Assembly: GCA_963812125.1 (NCBI GenBank)
Contig: CAWETY010000010.1
Location: 272,747-336,746 of the forward strand
Source: an uncultured Gammaproteobacteria bacterium
Lineage (GTDB): Bacteria; Pseudomonadota; Gammaproteobacteria; Steroidobacterales; Steroidobacteraceae
Reading direction: 5' to 3'
DNA: 64,000 nucleotides
The position numbers were made by a program, and so were the translations under genes. Below, piece after piece: positions 20,536 to 31,164 of this stretch; the first letter of the stretch is position 1, and the number at the start of each line of letters is the position of its first letter. The notes below the pieces were generated by a model. The model was not told the DNA's origin and did not search any database. It worked only from the letters and a program-made list of their open reading frames with translations.

Positions 20536-21479
20536 AGATATTTGACTGGGCGGTGCAAGTGATGGGGATCGCCTTGGCGCTGGCCGCCGCGCCTGTGTTT
20601 CTCGGATGGGTGAATCAGTGCCGAGCGTGGCTGCAGAATAGGTCTGCACCGAGCATCCTGCAGCCGTATCGTGGCATCCGCAAGTTATTCCATAAGGATG
20701 CGGTGATAGCGCAGAACGCTTCGCAACTATTCCGGCTCGCGCCCTACGTGGTCTTTGGCGCGATGGTGACGGCCGCAGCCGTGATTCCTTCGATTGCAAC
20801 GCGCTTGCCCATTACGCGAGCCGCGGATGCGATCGCGTTGGTTGGGCTTCTTGCAACCGCGCGCGTGTTCCTGTCCTTGGCGGCAATGGACATCGGGACC
20901 CCCTTCGGCACGCTCGGTGCACGCAGAGAAATGATGATCGGATTTCTCGCGGAGCCCGCACTGTTGGTGGTCATCTTGGTCGTTTCCCTGACCTGCGCCA
21001 CCACGGCATTGCCGATCATAGCCGAACGCCTCTCGGCGCAGGCCTTCGCACTCAATCCAAGTCTCGCCTTTACCGCGGTCGCCTTCACCATGGTGCTCCT
21101 GGCCGAAAATGCACGTATCCCGGTCGACAACCCCGCGACGCATCTTGAGTTGACCATGATTCACGAAGCGCTGCTGCTGGAGTATTCCGCGCGTCACCTG
21201 GCGCTCATGGAATGGGCCGCGGCGCTGAAGTTGTTCAACTATGCGTGCATCGGTTTCGCGGTATTCATTCCCTGGGGCATAGCGACAAGCGATGCACCGC
21301 TGGGATTGGCACTGTCGGTCGCATTGCTGGGTGCAAAGCTCATTGTCGCCGGCGCTGCATTGGCATTTATCGAGACGCTTTCGGCGAAACTGCGCGTGTT
21401 TCGCGCACCAGAGTTTCTGGCAACGGCTTTTCTGTTTGCAGTGCTCGGATTGCTGGTGCGGTTGTTGCTGGGGGCATGA
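20532..21479 (+). CDS. hyfC: HyfC/HycD-like (NuoH-type) membrane subunit
   Basis: ATGA overlap with the upstream stop. Polytopic; 'ENARIPVDNPATHLELTMIHEALLLEYS' is characteristic of formate hydrogenlyase subunit 4 / NuoH relatives. Confidence 0.85.
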   Translation: MKIFDWAVQVMGIALALAAAPVFLGWVNQCRAWLQNRSAPSILQPYRGIRKLFHKDAVIAQNASQLFRLAPYVVFGAMVTAAAVIPSIATRLPITRAADAIALVGLLATARVFLSLAAMDIGTPFGTLGARREMMIGFLAEPALLVVILVVSLTCATTALPIIAERLSAQAFALNPSLAFTAVAFTMVLLAENARIPVDNPATHLELTMIHEALLLEYSARHLALMEWAAALKLFNYACIGFAVFIPWGIATSDAPLGLALSVALLGAKLIVAGAALAFIETLSAKLRVFRAPEFLATAFLFAVLGLLVRLLLGA

Positions 21480-22150
21480 ATATGAATGCGCTGTCGTGGG
21501 ACCTTCAATTGCTGAACACCCTGGCGGCACTATTGCTGCTGCTGTCATTCGCCATGCTGTCGCAGCGACGCATCGTCGCCCTGGTCAATCTGCTCGCGCT
21601 GCAGGGGGCACTATTGTTTCTCGCGACCTTGCTGCTTGCCTGGCGAACGAGCGATTTCAACTTGTATTTGTCCGCGGGACTGACGCTTGGACTTAAGGTG
21701 ATCTTCCTGCCATGGCTATTGCATCGTCTCATCCGTCGCCTCGGGGTGTACTGGGACACCGAACCGCTGCTCAACATCACCGCAACCATGCTGGTGGGCG
21801 TACTGGTGGTCATCTTTTCTTTCGGGCTGGCCCAACCGATTTCGGCGCTCGCGAGCACGGCCACGCGCAATTCCATCGGCATCGCCGTGGCGGTGATTCT
21901 CATTGCGTTCCTCACCATGATCACGCGTCGAAAAGCGATGTCGCAGGTGATTGGATTCCTATCGATGGAGAACGGGCTGTTCTTCGGCGCGATGAGCGCC
22001 ACCTACGGCATGCCGATGGTTGTTGAGCTCGGAGTTGCGCTCGACGTTTTAGTGGCGATGTTGGTTCTGGGCGTATTTTTCTTCCAGATTCGGGAACAAT
22101 TCGACAGTCTCGACCTGAAGAATTTTGAAACTCTGAAGGAGGATCAATAA
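21476..22150 (+). CDS. hyfE: HyfE-like (NuoK-related) membrane subunit
   Basis: ATGA overlap with the upstream stop. 224 aa, hydrophobic; 'KAMSQVIGFLSMENGLFFGA' resembles hydrogenase-4 component E. Confidence 0.8.
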   Translation: MNMNALSWDLQLLNTLAALLLLLSFAMLSQRRIVALVNLLALQGALLFLATLLLAWRTSDFNLYLSAGLTLGLKVIFLPWLLHRLIRRLGVYWDTEPLLNITATMLVGVLVVIFSFGLAQPISALASTATRNSIGIAVAVILIAFLTMITRRKAMSQVIGFLSMENGLFFGAMSATYGMPMVVELGVALDVLVAMLVLGVFFFQIREQFDSLDLKNFETLKEDQ

Positions 22151-22151
22151 G

Positions 22152-23609
22152 GTGGAGTTCATCGTTCTTCTAGGCACTCCGCTCATGGGCGCCCTGACCT
22201 TAAGCATTTTAGGGGGCCGGCGCTGGGCACCCGAAGCCAATGCGATCTTCTCATTGATTACGTTCTTCGCCGCATGTGCGCTGACGGCAAGGGTCGTGGC
22301 ACATGGCAATTTATCGGTCGGACACGAGCAATTCTTCATCGATGCCTTTAATGTCTTTCTGGTGACGCTGACTGCATTCGTCGGCCTGACCACTTCATTG
22401 TTCTCGCGCCCCTATATGCGCATTGAGGCGGAGCACGGTCGGGTAACGGCTGGTCAGCTACGCCTGTACCACAGCATGTACCAGATGTTCATCGCAACCA
22501 TGCTGGTTGCTCTCACGACCAATAACATGGGACTCATGTGGGTGGCGATGGAGGCTGCAACCCTATCGACCGTGCTGCTGGTGACACTGTATCGGACCCC
22601 CGCGAGCCTCGAGGCCGGTTGGAAGTATTTTATTCTCTGCGGCGTCGGGATTTCCCAGGCGCTGTTCGGCACCATCCTGATGTACTTTGCGGCCGAGAAG
22701 GTCTTGGGCTCCGAGGGCGTCAGTGCGTTGCTGTGGACGCATCTTAATTCCGTGAAAGCTCAACTCGAGCCTTCGGTACTGGGGCTTGCATTCGTTTTCC
22801 TGCTCGTCGGCTATGGGACCAAGGTCGGCCTTGCACCACTGCACAATTGGTTGCCGGATGCCCACGCCGAAGGCCCGACTCCTATTTCCGCGGTTTTGTC
22901 AGGACTGCTGCTCAATGTGGCGATGTACGCCGTCGTGCGCTGCAAGGTGCTGGTCGAGGGCTCGCTGAAATCGGCCTTGCCGGGCAGGATGTTGATGGGT
23001 TTTGGCTTGCTGTCGGTGGTGCTCGCGGCGTTTTTCCTGTGGCGACAACGCGATGTAAAGCGTTTATTCGCCTATTCCTCGATCGAACATATGGGGATCG
23101 TTGCCTTTGCGTTCGGAATGGGCGGCCCCGTGGCCAACTTCGCCGCGCTGTTGCATATGACGGTGCATTCACTGACCAAGTCGTCCATTTTCTTTGCCGT
23201 GGGACACGCCACGCAGAAAGCCGGCTCACAACTCATGGACAACATTCGCGGGCTCATCACCTTGAGTCCCACGGTTGGCTGGGGATTAATGATGGGCAGC
23301 CTCGCCATTCTCGGCACCCCGCCATTCGGCGTATTTGCGAGTGAATTTCTTATTCTGACGACGGCCATGAAACAGCAACCCTGGGCGACACCTATATTGC
23401 TGTTGGCGCTCGGCGTGGCCTTCGCGGCAATCTTTGGCCGTGTGCAGTCGATGGTCTTTGGAGATACCACAGCCAAACGTTTGCCGCATCCACCCGCGCT
23501 CGTACCCGTGTTCGTCCACTTGGGTTTGGTGCTGGTGCTGGGGTTTTTCATTCCGCCTTATCTGGCTGACTGGTATCGGGCTGCTGCGCGCCTGATCGGT
23601 GGAGAATGA
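22152..23609 (+). CDS. hyfF: HyfF-like (NuoM/N-type antiporter-like) membrane subunit
   Basis: GTG start 1 nt after the upstream stop. 'GTKVGLAPLHNWLPDAHAEGPTPISAVLSG', 'KRLFAYSSIEHMG'. Confidence 0.88.
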   Translation: MEFIVLLGTPLMGALTLSILGGRRWAPEANAIFSLITFFAACALTARVVAHGNLSVGHEQFFIDAFNVFLVTLTAFVGLTTSLFSRPYMRIEAEHGRVTAGQLRLYHSMYQMFIATMLVALTTNNMGLMWVAMEAATLSTVLLVTLYRTPASLEAGWKYFILCGVGISQALFGTILMYFAAEKVLGSEGVSALLWTHLNSVKAQLEPSVLGLAFVFLLVGYGTKVGLAPLHNWLPDAHAEGPTPISAVLSGLLLNVAMYAVVRCKVLVEGSLKSALPGRMLMGFGLLSVVLAAFFLWRQRDVKRLFAYSSIEHMGIVAFAFGMGGPVANFAALLHMTVHSLTKSSIFFAVGHATQKAGSQLMDNIRGLITLSPTVGWGLMMGSLAILGTPPFGVFASEFLILTTAMKQQPWATPILLLALGVAFAAIFGRVQSMVFGDTTAKRLPHPPALVPVFVHLGLVLVLGFFIPPYLADWYRAAARLIGGE

Positions 23610-23610
23610 G

Positions 23611-25173
23611 ATGGCTCTGCAACGATGGTTCCAGCAGGCGACCGAGGACTCCGAAACTAACGGAGGGATGATCTCGGGCGCACCAAGAGTTCTTGGCCTG
23701 ACAGTTTCGAGCGACGCTTGGCAGCAGGCCGCCGAGCACGTGGCAACCGGAGGGGGTCGATTGCAGTCTCTCTGGGCAAGTCGCGATCGCAATGGCCATG
23801 ACTGGGTCCGAGTCGCGTATACGGCTGCTCAGGGCGTGCTTGTGCTGAGTTTGCCGTTACCTGATGGGGAAAGCCGTTACCCTGGGATTCAGCAATGGTT
23901 TCCGAGTGCCAGCCGCATGCAGCGCGCCGTGGCGGATCTGTCCGGACTGCGCTCGACGGATCCGGATATGCGCCCGTGGTTGCGTCATGCGGCTTGGCCC
24001 GAGAGCTTTCATCCGCTAGTCGATACCCGCGCGCCGCCGCTCCCCTCGATGCCGGTGATCGACAGGTACGCTTTCATTGCGGTGGAAGGGGACGGTGTGC
24101 ATGAAATTCCGGTCGGGCCCGTTCATGCGGGCATCATCGAACCCGGTCACTTCCGGTTTTCGGTGGTCGGCGAGAAAGTGCTTCGGCTCGAGGAGCGCTT
24201 GGGCTATGTCCACAAGGGCATAGAACGGCGCTTCATTGAATTCCCGCTGCTGGACGGCCACCGACTGGCGGCCCGCATCTCAGGCGACTCTGCCGTTGCT
24301 TTTTCGTGGGCCTATTGCCAGGCGCTCGAAGGCATGGCCGCAGCGCACTTGCCAGATCGAGCCGTACACTTGAGGGCCATCGCGCTAGAATTGGAGCGCC
24401 TGGCCAATCACTTGGGCGATCTTGGCGCGATTGCGAACGATGCCGGCTTTTCCTTCGGGCTCAGCCAGTTCTCGCGGCTCAAAGAGCAGCTGCTGCGCGC
24501 AACCGAGGAAGCGCTTGGACAGCGATACCTCATGGATTTCGTTGTGCCCGGCGGCACGCGCGTGGACCTGTCATCCGCCGGTGTGCGCTCGCTTGATTGA
24601 CTCGATCGTATCGGTTGCTCCGGAGGTGAAAGCACTGAGTGCAATCTATGATGATCACGCCGGTTTGCGCGACCGGTTCGTAGGCGCGGGCGTCGTCGCA
24701 CCGACTCTCGCCGCGCAGTTAGGCCTGACCGGCCTGGCAGGACGCGCGAGCGGACAAGCCTTTGACCTGCGCTGCGATCTGCCCTGCGACCCGTACACGC
24801 ACTTGGCCCAAAAAAGATCGTGCATACGGAAGGCGATGTGGCGGCGCGCGTGGCCGTGCGCTTCGATGAAGTGACCGAATCGGTGCGTCTCCTGCAGCAG
24901 CTCCTGCGGGAACTGCCCGCGGGGCCGCATCAAGGGAGAATTTCAGTACCGGATGAAGGAGCACAAGGTGTCGGAATGATCGAAGGCTGGCGCGGCCCCG
25001 TATTTCTCGCACTGGAGGCAGGCCCGGATGGAATGATCAGACGATGTCACCCGCAAGACCCATCGTGGCAGAACTGGCCGGTGATTGAGCACGCCATCAT
25101 CGACAACATCGTGCCGGATTTTCCGCTGATCAATAAATCCTTCAACTTGTCCTATAGCGGCCACGATTTATAG
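23611..25173 (+). CDS. HycE/HyfG-like large subunit (NuoC+NuoD fusion) lacking the [NiFe] cysteine ligands; two frame breaks (about 24585-24600 and the A6 run 24810-24815)
   Basis: 'GPVHAGIIEPGHFRFSVVGEKVLRLEERLGYVHKGIER' is typical of group-4 large subunits. Three ORFs (23599-24600, 24422-24874, 24820-25173) join as ...LSSAGV|LIDSIVSV... and ...YTHLA|KKIVHTEGDVAARV... The L1 motif reads RISGDSAVAFS and the C-terminus reads NLSYSGHDL*. GGAGAA lies before ATG 23611. Confidence 0.85.
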
Positions 25174-25175
25174 CC

Positions 25176-25722
25176 ATGCTGAAAACGCTTGGGCAAAATC
25201 TGCCGCATCGGAATCATCACCGAGCCTGCTCCACCGAGTGACGAGTCACTGCGTATCCTCGACGCGCTGCAGTCCCGGATTCTCGAAGTCCTCGGCCGTG
25301 CACTGTGCATTCGAGCAATCGATGCCGGGTCGTGCAACGGCTGCGAGTTGGAGATTCACGCGCTCAACAATCCTCTTTACAATATCGAAGGCCTTGGCAT
25401 TCGGTTTGTGGCAAGTCCGCGGCACGCCGACCTATTGTTGGTGACGGGACCCGTGGCCAAAAATATGGAAGTGGCGCTGCGCCGCACCTACGATGCGACG
25501 CCGGATCCGAAACTCGTGGTTGCAATCGGCGATTGCGGTTGCACCGGTGGAATATTCGGCGAGAGCTATGCGACGTGCGGTCGCGTCTCCACGGTGATCC
25601 CGGTCGATGTGGCGGTGCCCGGGTGCCCGCCGAGCCCTCGACAAATACTCAGCGGTATTTTGACGGCGATTACCCAAGCGGCACCCGAAACTTTGAATCG
25701 GCGTCAAAGTGTGGGCTTGTAA
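25176..25722 (+). CDS. HycG/HyfI-like (NuoB-type) Fe-S small subunit
   Basis: 'GSCNGCELEIHAL', 'GDCGCTGGIF' and 'PGCPPSP' are the conserved [4Fe-4S] ligand motifs. The track ORF starts at TTG 25189. ATG 25176 (MLKTL..) lies 2 nt after the upstream stop but in another frame, so either TTG is the start or a further 1-nt indel lies near 25180-25192. Confidence 0.85.
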
Positions 25723-25807
25723 AACCCGAACTGCTCTCTGCCCTCCTCTCCGAGATCAGCCAGCCATGAAGCAATGCCATGCATCGACGATTGCCCTGCG
25801 CTCCACG

Positions 25808-26341
25808 CTATGCGTGTTTCATGCGCCAGGCGACGATCATTGAGATCGGTAAGCCGATCATGATGATATGACTCGGCAGCGCGATCGCGATCGACGCTGC
25901 GCCAACGTACAGGGGGTGCCCAATGACTGAAAGTGGCAAGATCACGTAGTTTAGTATCAGGAAGAAAAGTGCTCCAAAGGCGAGACCGGAAAAGAACGGA
26001 TGCCTTACCAGCCATCGCTGCCGTTTCGCTACCAAAACGAAAATAGCAGCAGCACCGATCGTTATCAAGAAGTGGAGTCCGACTCCGATAACCGCCATTT
26101 TGTCACCCCCCTGGATGACTGCATCTTTACCGAGCAATGCAGCGGCAACCCCTTTCCAGGGTCTTAAGACGGACGTCCCCGCATTGAGAGATTTCACCGT
26201 GTTAAAGGCGAGATCAATCGCGCCAGCGGCTACGCCCGCGAGTGCAACAGTCAAAGCCGAATGGGCGATCTGATGGAGTGCTTCGTCCGCATGGACATCA
26301 ATCGCCCCAAGTTCCGCACTATTCCGTAGTTCTTCACCCAT
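25808..26341 (-). CDS. hypothetical inner-membrane protein
   Basis: About four hydrophobic helices (e.g. 'MAVIGVGLHFLITIGAAAIFVLV', 'FFSGLAFGALFFLILNYVILPL'). Start taken at MGEELRN. No family recognised. Confidence 0.5.
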   Translation of the reverse strand: MGEELRNSAELGAIDVHADEALHQIAHSALTVALAGVAAGAIDLAFNTVKSLNAGTSVLRPWKGVAAALLGKDAVIQGGDKMAVIGVGLHFLITIGAAAIFVLVAKRQRWLVRHPFFSGLAFGALFFLILNYVILPLSVIGHPLYVGAASIAIALPSHIIMIGLPISMIVAWRMKHA

Positions 26342-26526
26342 GGTCTTCCTCGCGATTAATGGTGCTCGCACGATAGAGCGAACAACCGGCACCTTCAAGA
26401 TCCAATTCGCTGCTGATTTTGGGGACCACGAGGAACCAGCCAAATGTCGTCTCCGCTTCTAACGCTTCTCCCGGATCGACGTCAGGCGAATTCACCTATC
26501 TAGCGGCCGGCGGGCATGTCGCGCGG

Positions 26527-26703
26527 CTATCGGTATTCCTTGAGTCCTTTAAAGCTGGCATAGATTGTCATGGCGTGGCCATGCCCGAGGCCATGGTCCT
26601 TCTTGGGCCAGCTAACGACTTCCATCGCCTTGACGCCCGGCTTCAACGAACCTTTCTTCTCGGCAAGATTCTTGAAGTCTTCGGATAGGCTACCGCCCTC
26701 GGC
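26527..26703 (-). pseudogene. N-terminally truncated DUF4287-like remnant
   Basis: The minus-strand frame gives '...SEDFKNLAEKKGSLKPGVKAMEVVSWPKKDHGLGHGHAMTIYASFKGLKEYR*'. This matches my memory of DUF4287 proteins (..KPGVKA.E.V.WLK.D.GLGHGHA.AIY). A TAG lies immediately upstream and there is no start codon. Confidence 0.45.
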
Positions 26704-26806
26704 CTAAGACGTTTTATCGCAGCAAAAACCTCAGCTGATACCCAATAAATCTCGTCCTGTCGGGCATTCCTGGAACTCTCCGCCACGTCGTGTCATTGTT
26801 GTAAAA

Positions 26807-27289
26807 ATGCGCGTGCTGAAGACTCAACTACGCCAACTCCAGAAGCTCCTTCGACGCCGGGGATCGAGTCCTCAGGATGCGGAGGACCTGGTCCAAGAGG
26901 CAGTCGTTCGATTATTCGCCTACACGCGCAAAGTAGGTGAAGTGCGAAACACGGAGGCATTCTTAACCCGCACCGCCATGAATCTGGCGGTGGACCTGCA
27001 CCGAAGTTCGCGCCTCGACCGCTTCGAGCCCGAGCCTGTCGAGGTCCTCGATTTATTGGACTTAGGACCGGCACCAGACGAGGTGTTGGCCGCCGAACAG
27101 CGCCTACTGCGCATGAAAGAGACCCTTGACCGGGTCAGTCGCCGAACGCGCGAGGTGTTCTTCATGCATCGACTACAAGGATTGAGTCACGCCGAAATTG
27201 CTCGGAGCCTGGGCGTCACGCCGAGTGCTGTTGAGAAGCACATTGCCAGCGCACTCACGACCCTGACCATCGAGCGACAACGCGAATGA
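26807..27289 (+). CDS. ECF (FecI-type) RNA polymerase sigma factor
   Basis: Region 2 'AEDLVQEAVVRLFAY...FLTRTAMNLAVDLHR' and region 4 'REVFFMHRLQGLSHAEIARSLGVTPSAVEKHIASAL'. Confidence 0.85.
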   Translation: MRVLKTQLRQLQKLLRRRGSSPQDAEDLVQEAVVRLFAYTRKVGEVRNTEAFLTRTAMNLAVDLHRSSRLDRFEPEPVEVLDLLDLGPAPDEVLAAEQRLLRMKETLDRVSRRTREVFFMHRLQGLSHAEIARSLGVTPSAVEKHIASALTTLTIERQRE

Positions 27290-28298
27290 ATGAAGCACCC
27301 GAACGAAACTCCGACTTAATCCCGCCCGAGTGCATTGCGGAAGCGGGCGTCTGGGTGGCACGCTTACACAGTGGCGAGCCAGACAGGATCGCCATGGCGG
27401 GCGTGAAGCGATGGCTTAAGGCGAACCCGATGAATGTCCGCGCGCTGGAGTTGTGCACGGAGATTTGGGAGGAATCCGCGAATCTGCGGCGTATCACGCC
27501 CTTCGAGAGTCAGGCGCCTGCCGCGCCGCGAAAACATCGTTTTCTGCCAATGGCGGCCGCCGCCGCGGCGCTTTTGGTTGTTGCGGGCAATGATTCTTTG
27601 GCTTGCTCCGGCGGCTGACCTAACCACGGATGTCGGGGAACAAAGGCTGGTCACGCTACAAGATGGCACGCACGTATTCCTAAACACCGCCACCCGTATC
27701 GCCGTCGATTTCGATGCCCACGCCAGGTGGGTGGAACTGAAATCAGGCGAAGCGCTGTTTGATGTAGCCAAAAAGCCGACATGGCCTTTCATTGTCAAAG
27801 CCGGGGATCGCCAGATCAAGGCACTTGGTACTTCTTTCGTCGTCAGACGCGACGCGACGCAGACTTCGGTGACCTTGGTCGAAGGAACCGTATCGGTCAG
27901 CACGGATGGGCCATCCCGCAACCGAGGTGATGGGCGCACCCGCCGCCCCGCGGGTCTTTACGCTGAAGCCAGGACAAAAGTTGACCTTCTTGGGAGCGCA
28001 AGCCCGACTTGACATGACACCGCTCGACAAAGCGGTCGCGTGGCGACGCGGAGAGATTATTTTCGACGATACCAACCTGTCCGACGCGGCGGCTGAATTG
28101 AATCGCTACAACAAGGACAAGCTCGTGGTCGAGCAGCCCAGCGCACAAGCGCTGCGGGTGACGGGGCTCTTTCAAACGGGCGATTCGCTGAGCTTCGCAC
28201 ACGCGGTGGCGCAAAGTTATGGACTGACGGTAGAAGAGCGAAAGGACGCGATTGTTCTGTCGGGGGCGCCCGTCCAACATTCCGCTTCCACTCCCTAG
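27286..28298 (+). CDS. FecR-family anti-sigma / transmembrane sensor; two frame breaks (about 27575-27590 and 27900-27945)
   Basis: ATGA overlap with the sigma gene. 'AEAGVWVARLHSGE' N-domain, TM 'MAAAAAALLVVAG', 'VTLQDGTHVFLNTATRIAV...ELKSGEALFDV...FIVKAGDRQIKALGTSFVV', C-terminal 'LSDAAAELNRYN'. Spread over three frames. Confidence 0.8.
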
Positions 28299-28428
28299 CG
28301 AATTCTTTTGCACGTGCTCGCGGGCGCTCCCCGCCGACTTTGGATGATGCAGGGCCCCATGGCTTTTGGGGTATCGCTGAGGTTTTTTCGCAGCTGCAAC
28401 GTCATCTCCTGATAAGGGGGAGATAAGC

Positions 28429-31085
28429 ATGCATAGTGGCATACGTTCGCTATTTGCTCGAGCAGTGCTGGGATGGCTGTTCCTGTCGTGTGCGGTCCAT
28501 GCCGACGGACAAGCTACCGTCAAATTCAATCTGCCGAGTCAATCGTTGGCCGAGTCGTTGCGCGCCGTGGCAAGCCAAACGCAAACCAATATTCTCTTCG
28601 ATCGCGTCTTGGTGCGCGGTTTGATGGCCCAGGCACTGGATGCGCAGCTGAACCTCGATCAGGCGATGCGCCGCTTGCTGGCTGGGACGGGACTCGCCTA
28701 CCGAAAGACAGACGAGAAGACCGTCGTTATTGTAGTGGCCGACAAGACGGGCGATCCTGCTACCACCCGCGACACCGCGAGCCCGAGCAGCCCGGCGCCG
28801 ACGCAGCATCTCGCATCCAGCGCCGGTTTGACTGCCGGCGGAAGCGACGCCGCGATCCTCCATGGCAAAAGACAGCGATGCCCAGGCTCGAAGAAATCAC
28901 CGTCACCGCTCGGCGTCGCGAAGAAAGCCTGTATGCAGTTCCCGTGGCCGTGACTGCATTGTCGCCCGGCGACCTCCGCGCTCGCGGCATCCAGACCGCG
29001 GAAGATCTGCAGAATTACGTGCCATCGCTCAATGTGTCGAGCAGTGTCACGCGCGATGATTACACCTTCTCGCTGCGTGGCATGGGACCCACCGGCGGCT
29101 CGGGACCCGGGGCCGTGTTGGCCGGCGGCGGCACCGGCGTCGTAACGTATTTCGCCGATGTACCGACCAGCGGCGCGGGACCAGGGCTTTTCTACGATCT
29201 TGAGAGTGTGCAGGTCGCAGCCGGCCCTCAAGGTACGCTCTTCGGAAAAAATACCACAGGCGGTGCTGTCTTGTTCGTGCCGAAGAAGCCAGTGAATGAC
29301 TTCGAGGGCTCCGTGGAATATGGAATGGGCGACTACAACATGAAAACGGCGACCGCGGTGGTGAATGTGCCCTTGGTCGATGACAAAGTGTTGCTGCGTG
29401 TCGCCGGCCAATTTCTCGATCGGGATGGATTCACCATCGACCGCGGTCCGTACTTCGCCGGCAAGGACTACGACAATCGAGCCTATTGGGCGCTTCGTGC
29501 CAGCCTGCTGCTGCGGCCCTTCGACAACGTGGAGAACACCACCATCTTCAGCGCGCTGCACAGCGAGGGGAATGGCGATGGGTTCGTCCTCACGGCCGTC
29601 AATCCGGCCGGAGCCTTCGGATCACTGCTGTCACCGATTCTGGCCGAGCAACAAGCGTCCGGCATCCGTTCCACGTCCCTCTCGGCAAATGAAATTGATC
29701 GACGCTACAACGACGGCATCATCAATACCACGCGCTGGTCCATCAGTGAGCAATGGCAATTCAAAAACATCTTCAGCTATCAGGTGCAGAAATGGCGTAA
29801 CAGCGAGGACGTCGACGGCACAAGCTTAGTGTTGGATGATCTCGTGCCGGTGGGTCAGGGGTGGCATACCCAGGTGGGGACCTACACCGAGGAGCCGCAG
29901 ATACAGGGGGCGGCGCTGGATGATCACTTGAAAATTACCGCCGGCGCTTACTATGAAGACGGCCACAACTTGGGACCCCAACCCTACCAGGTGCAAGTCG
30001 CACTCGGCAATTTTCTCATTAACCAGGTTGATCAAAGCAACGCGGAGCGAAGTCGAGGCCTGTATGCGCAGACCACATACGATTTCGGCGGACTTTATTC
30101 GAGCTTGGACGGGCTCAAGCTCACCACCGGATATCGATACACCTGGGACAATTATAGCTACGGCATTGCCAGCTTCAGTCCAAGCCTTGGTAACGCATGC
30201 CTCACATCGTCGGGTAGCTACCCTGAAAGCGATTGCGCATTCTCCGCATCCGGACAAAGCGGCGGCAGTTCTTGGACACTGGGGCTCGACTATCAACTAC
30301 CTGTCGCGCTGGTGTACTTAAGATCCGGGCGCGGCTACGTTCCCGGCGGCTTCAACCCCTCGTTCGGTTTCACATCGGGAGGCGTCAATACGCCGCAGTT
30401 CCGATTTGCACCGGAGTCCGTGATCGACGTCGAATTGGGCGTGAAGTCCGAGTTCGATATAGCGGGCGCTCCCGCGCAAGTCACCGCGGATATCTTTCAC
30501 TCTGACTACACCAACATTCAGCGCTATGTCTCCGAAGTGCTGCCCGGCGGCATTGCTTCGAATTTTACCGCCAATGCCTCGGAAGCGCAGATCGAGGGAT
30601 TTGAATTTCAAGGCAGCATCGCGCCCGTGACAGGGCTGACCCTCACCGCGACCTACTCCTACAATCATGGCAAGTACACCAAGATCGATCCGGCGGCGGC
30701 GCCCTCCCTCGTCGGCGTACCTTTTGCCTACTTGCCAGAAAATAAGGCGAGCCTCGGCGCGACCTACAAATTGCCGCTGGCGCAGACCGCCGGCGAGTAC
30801 TCGCTCGGGCTGTTCTACTCTTATCAGTCGCGCTTTTTTGATGCTCCGTCGGTCCAGCCGTTCGACTACATCGAAGGCTACGGACTTCTGAATGCGCGTC
30901 TGGACTGGAATCACATCTTTGAGACGACTTTAGACGCGTCGTTCTTCATGACCAATGTGACCGACAAGGTGTATCGCGTCGGTCAATACAATGACTTGGT
31001 GGCGAACGGCTATATCACCTCCTTTTACGGCGAGCCGCGGATGTGGGGTGTGCAATTGCGCTACCGTTTCGGCAAGGCTCCTTAG
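28429..31085 (+). CDS. TonB-dependent receptor/transducer with N-terminal STN signalling domain; two frame breaks between about 28855 and 28885
   Basis: Signal peptide, then STN domain 'FNLPSQSLAESLRAVASQTQTNILFD...LDQAMRRLLAGTGLAY'. Plug 'LEEITVTARRREESLYAVPVAVTAL', beta-barrel ending '...GVQLRYRF'. Frames run 28429 -> 28862 -> 28473. Confidence 0.9.
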
Positions 31086-31164
31086 CGATTGGGGATACCA
31101 TGCAATGCAATTCAAGGCCCATGTAGCCGGCGTGCCGTCATCGAGATCTCGATATTCGCGAGCA

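Noticed and set aside
18526-25722. Calling the cluster a functional hydrogenase-4 / formate hydrogenlyase
   Set aside because: The large subunit has Ser/Gly at all four Ni-Fe cysteine positions. No ferredoxin-type subunit, formate dehydrogenase, hyp or hycI gene is nearby. Only homology to the Hyf/Nuo module is supported.
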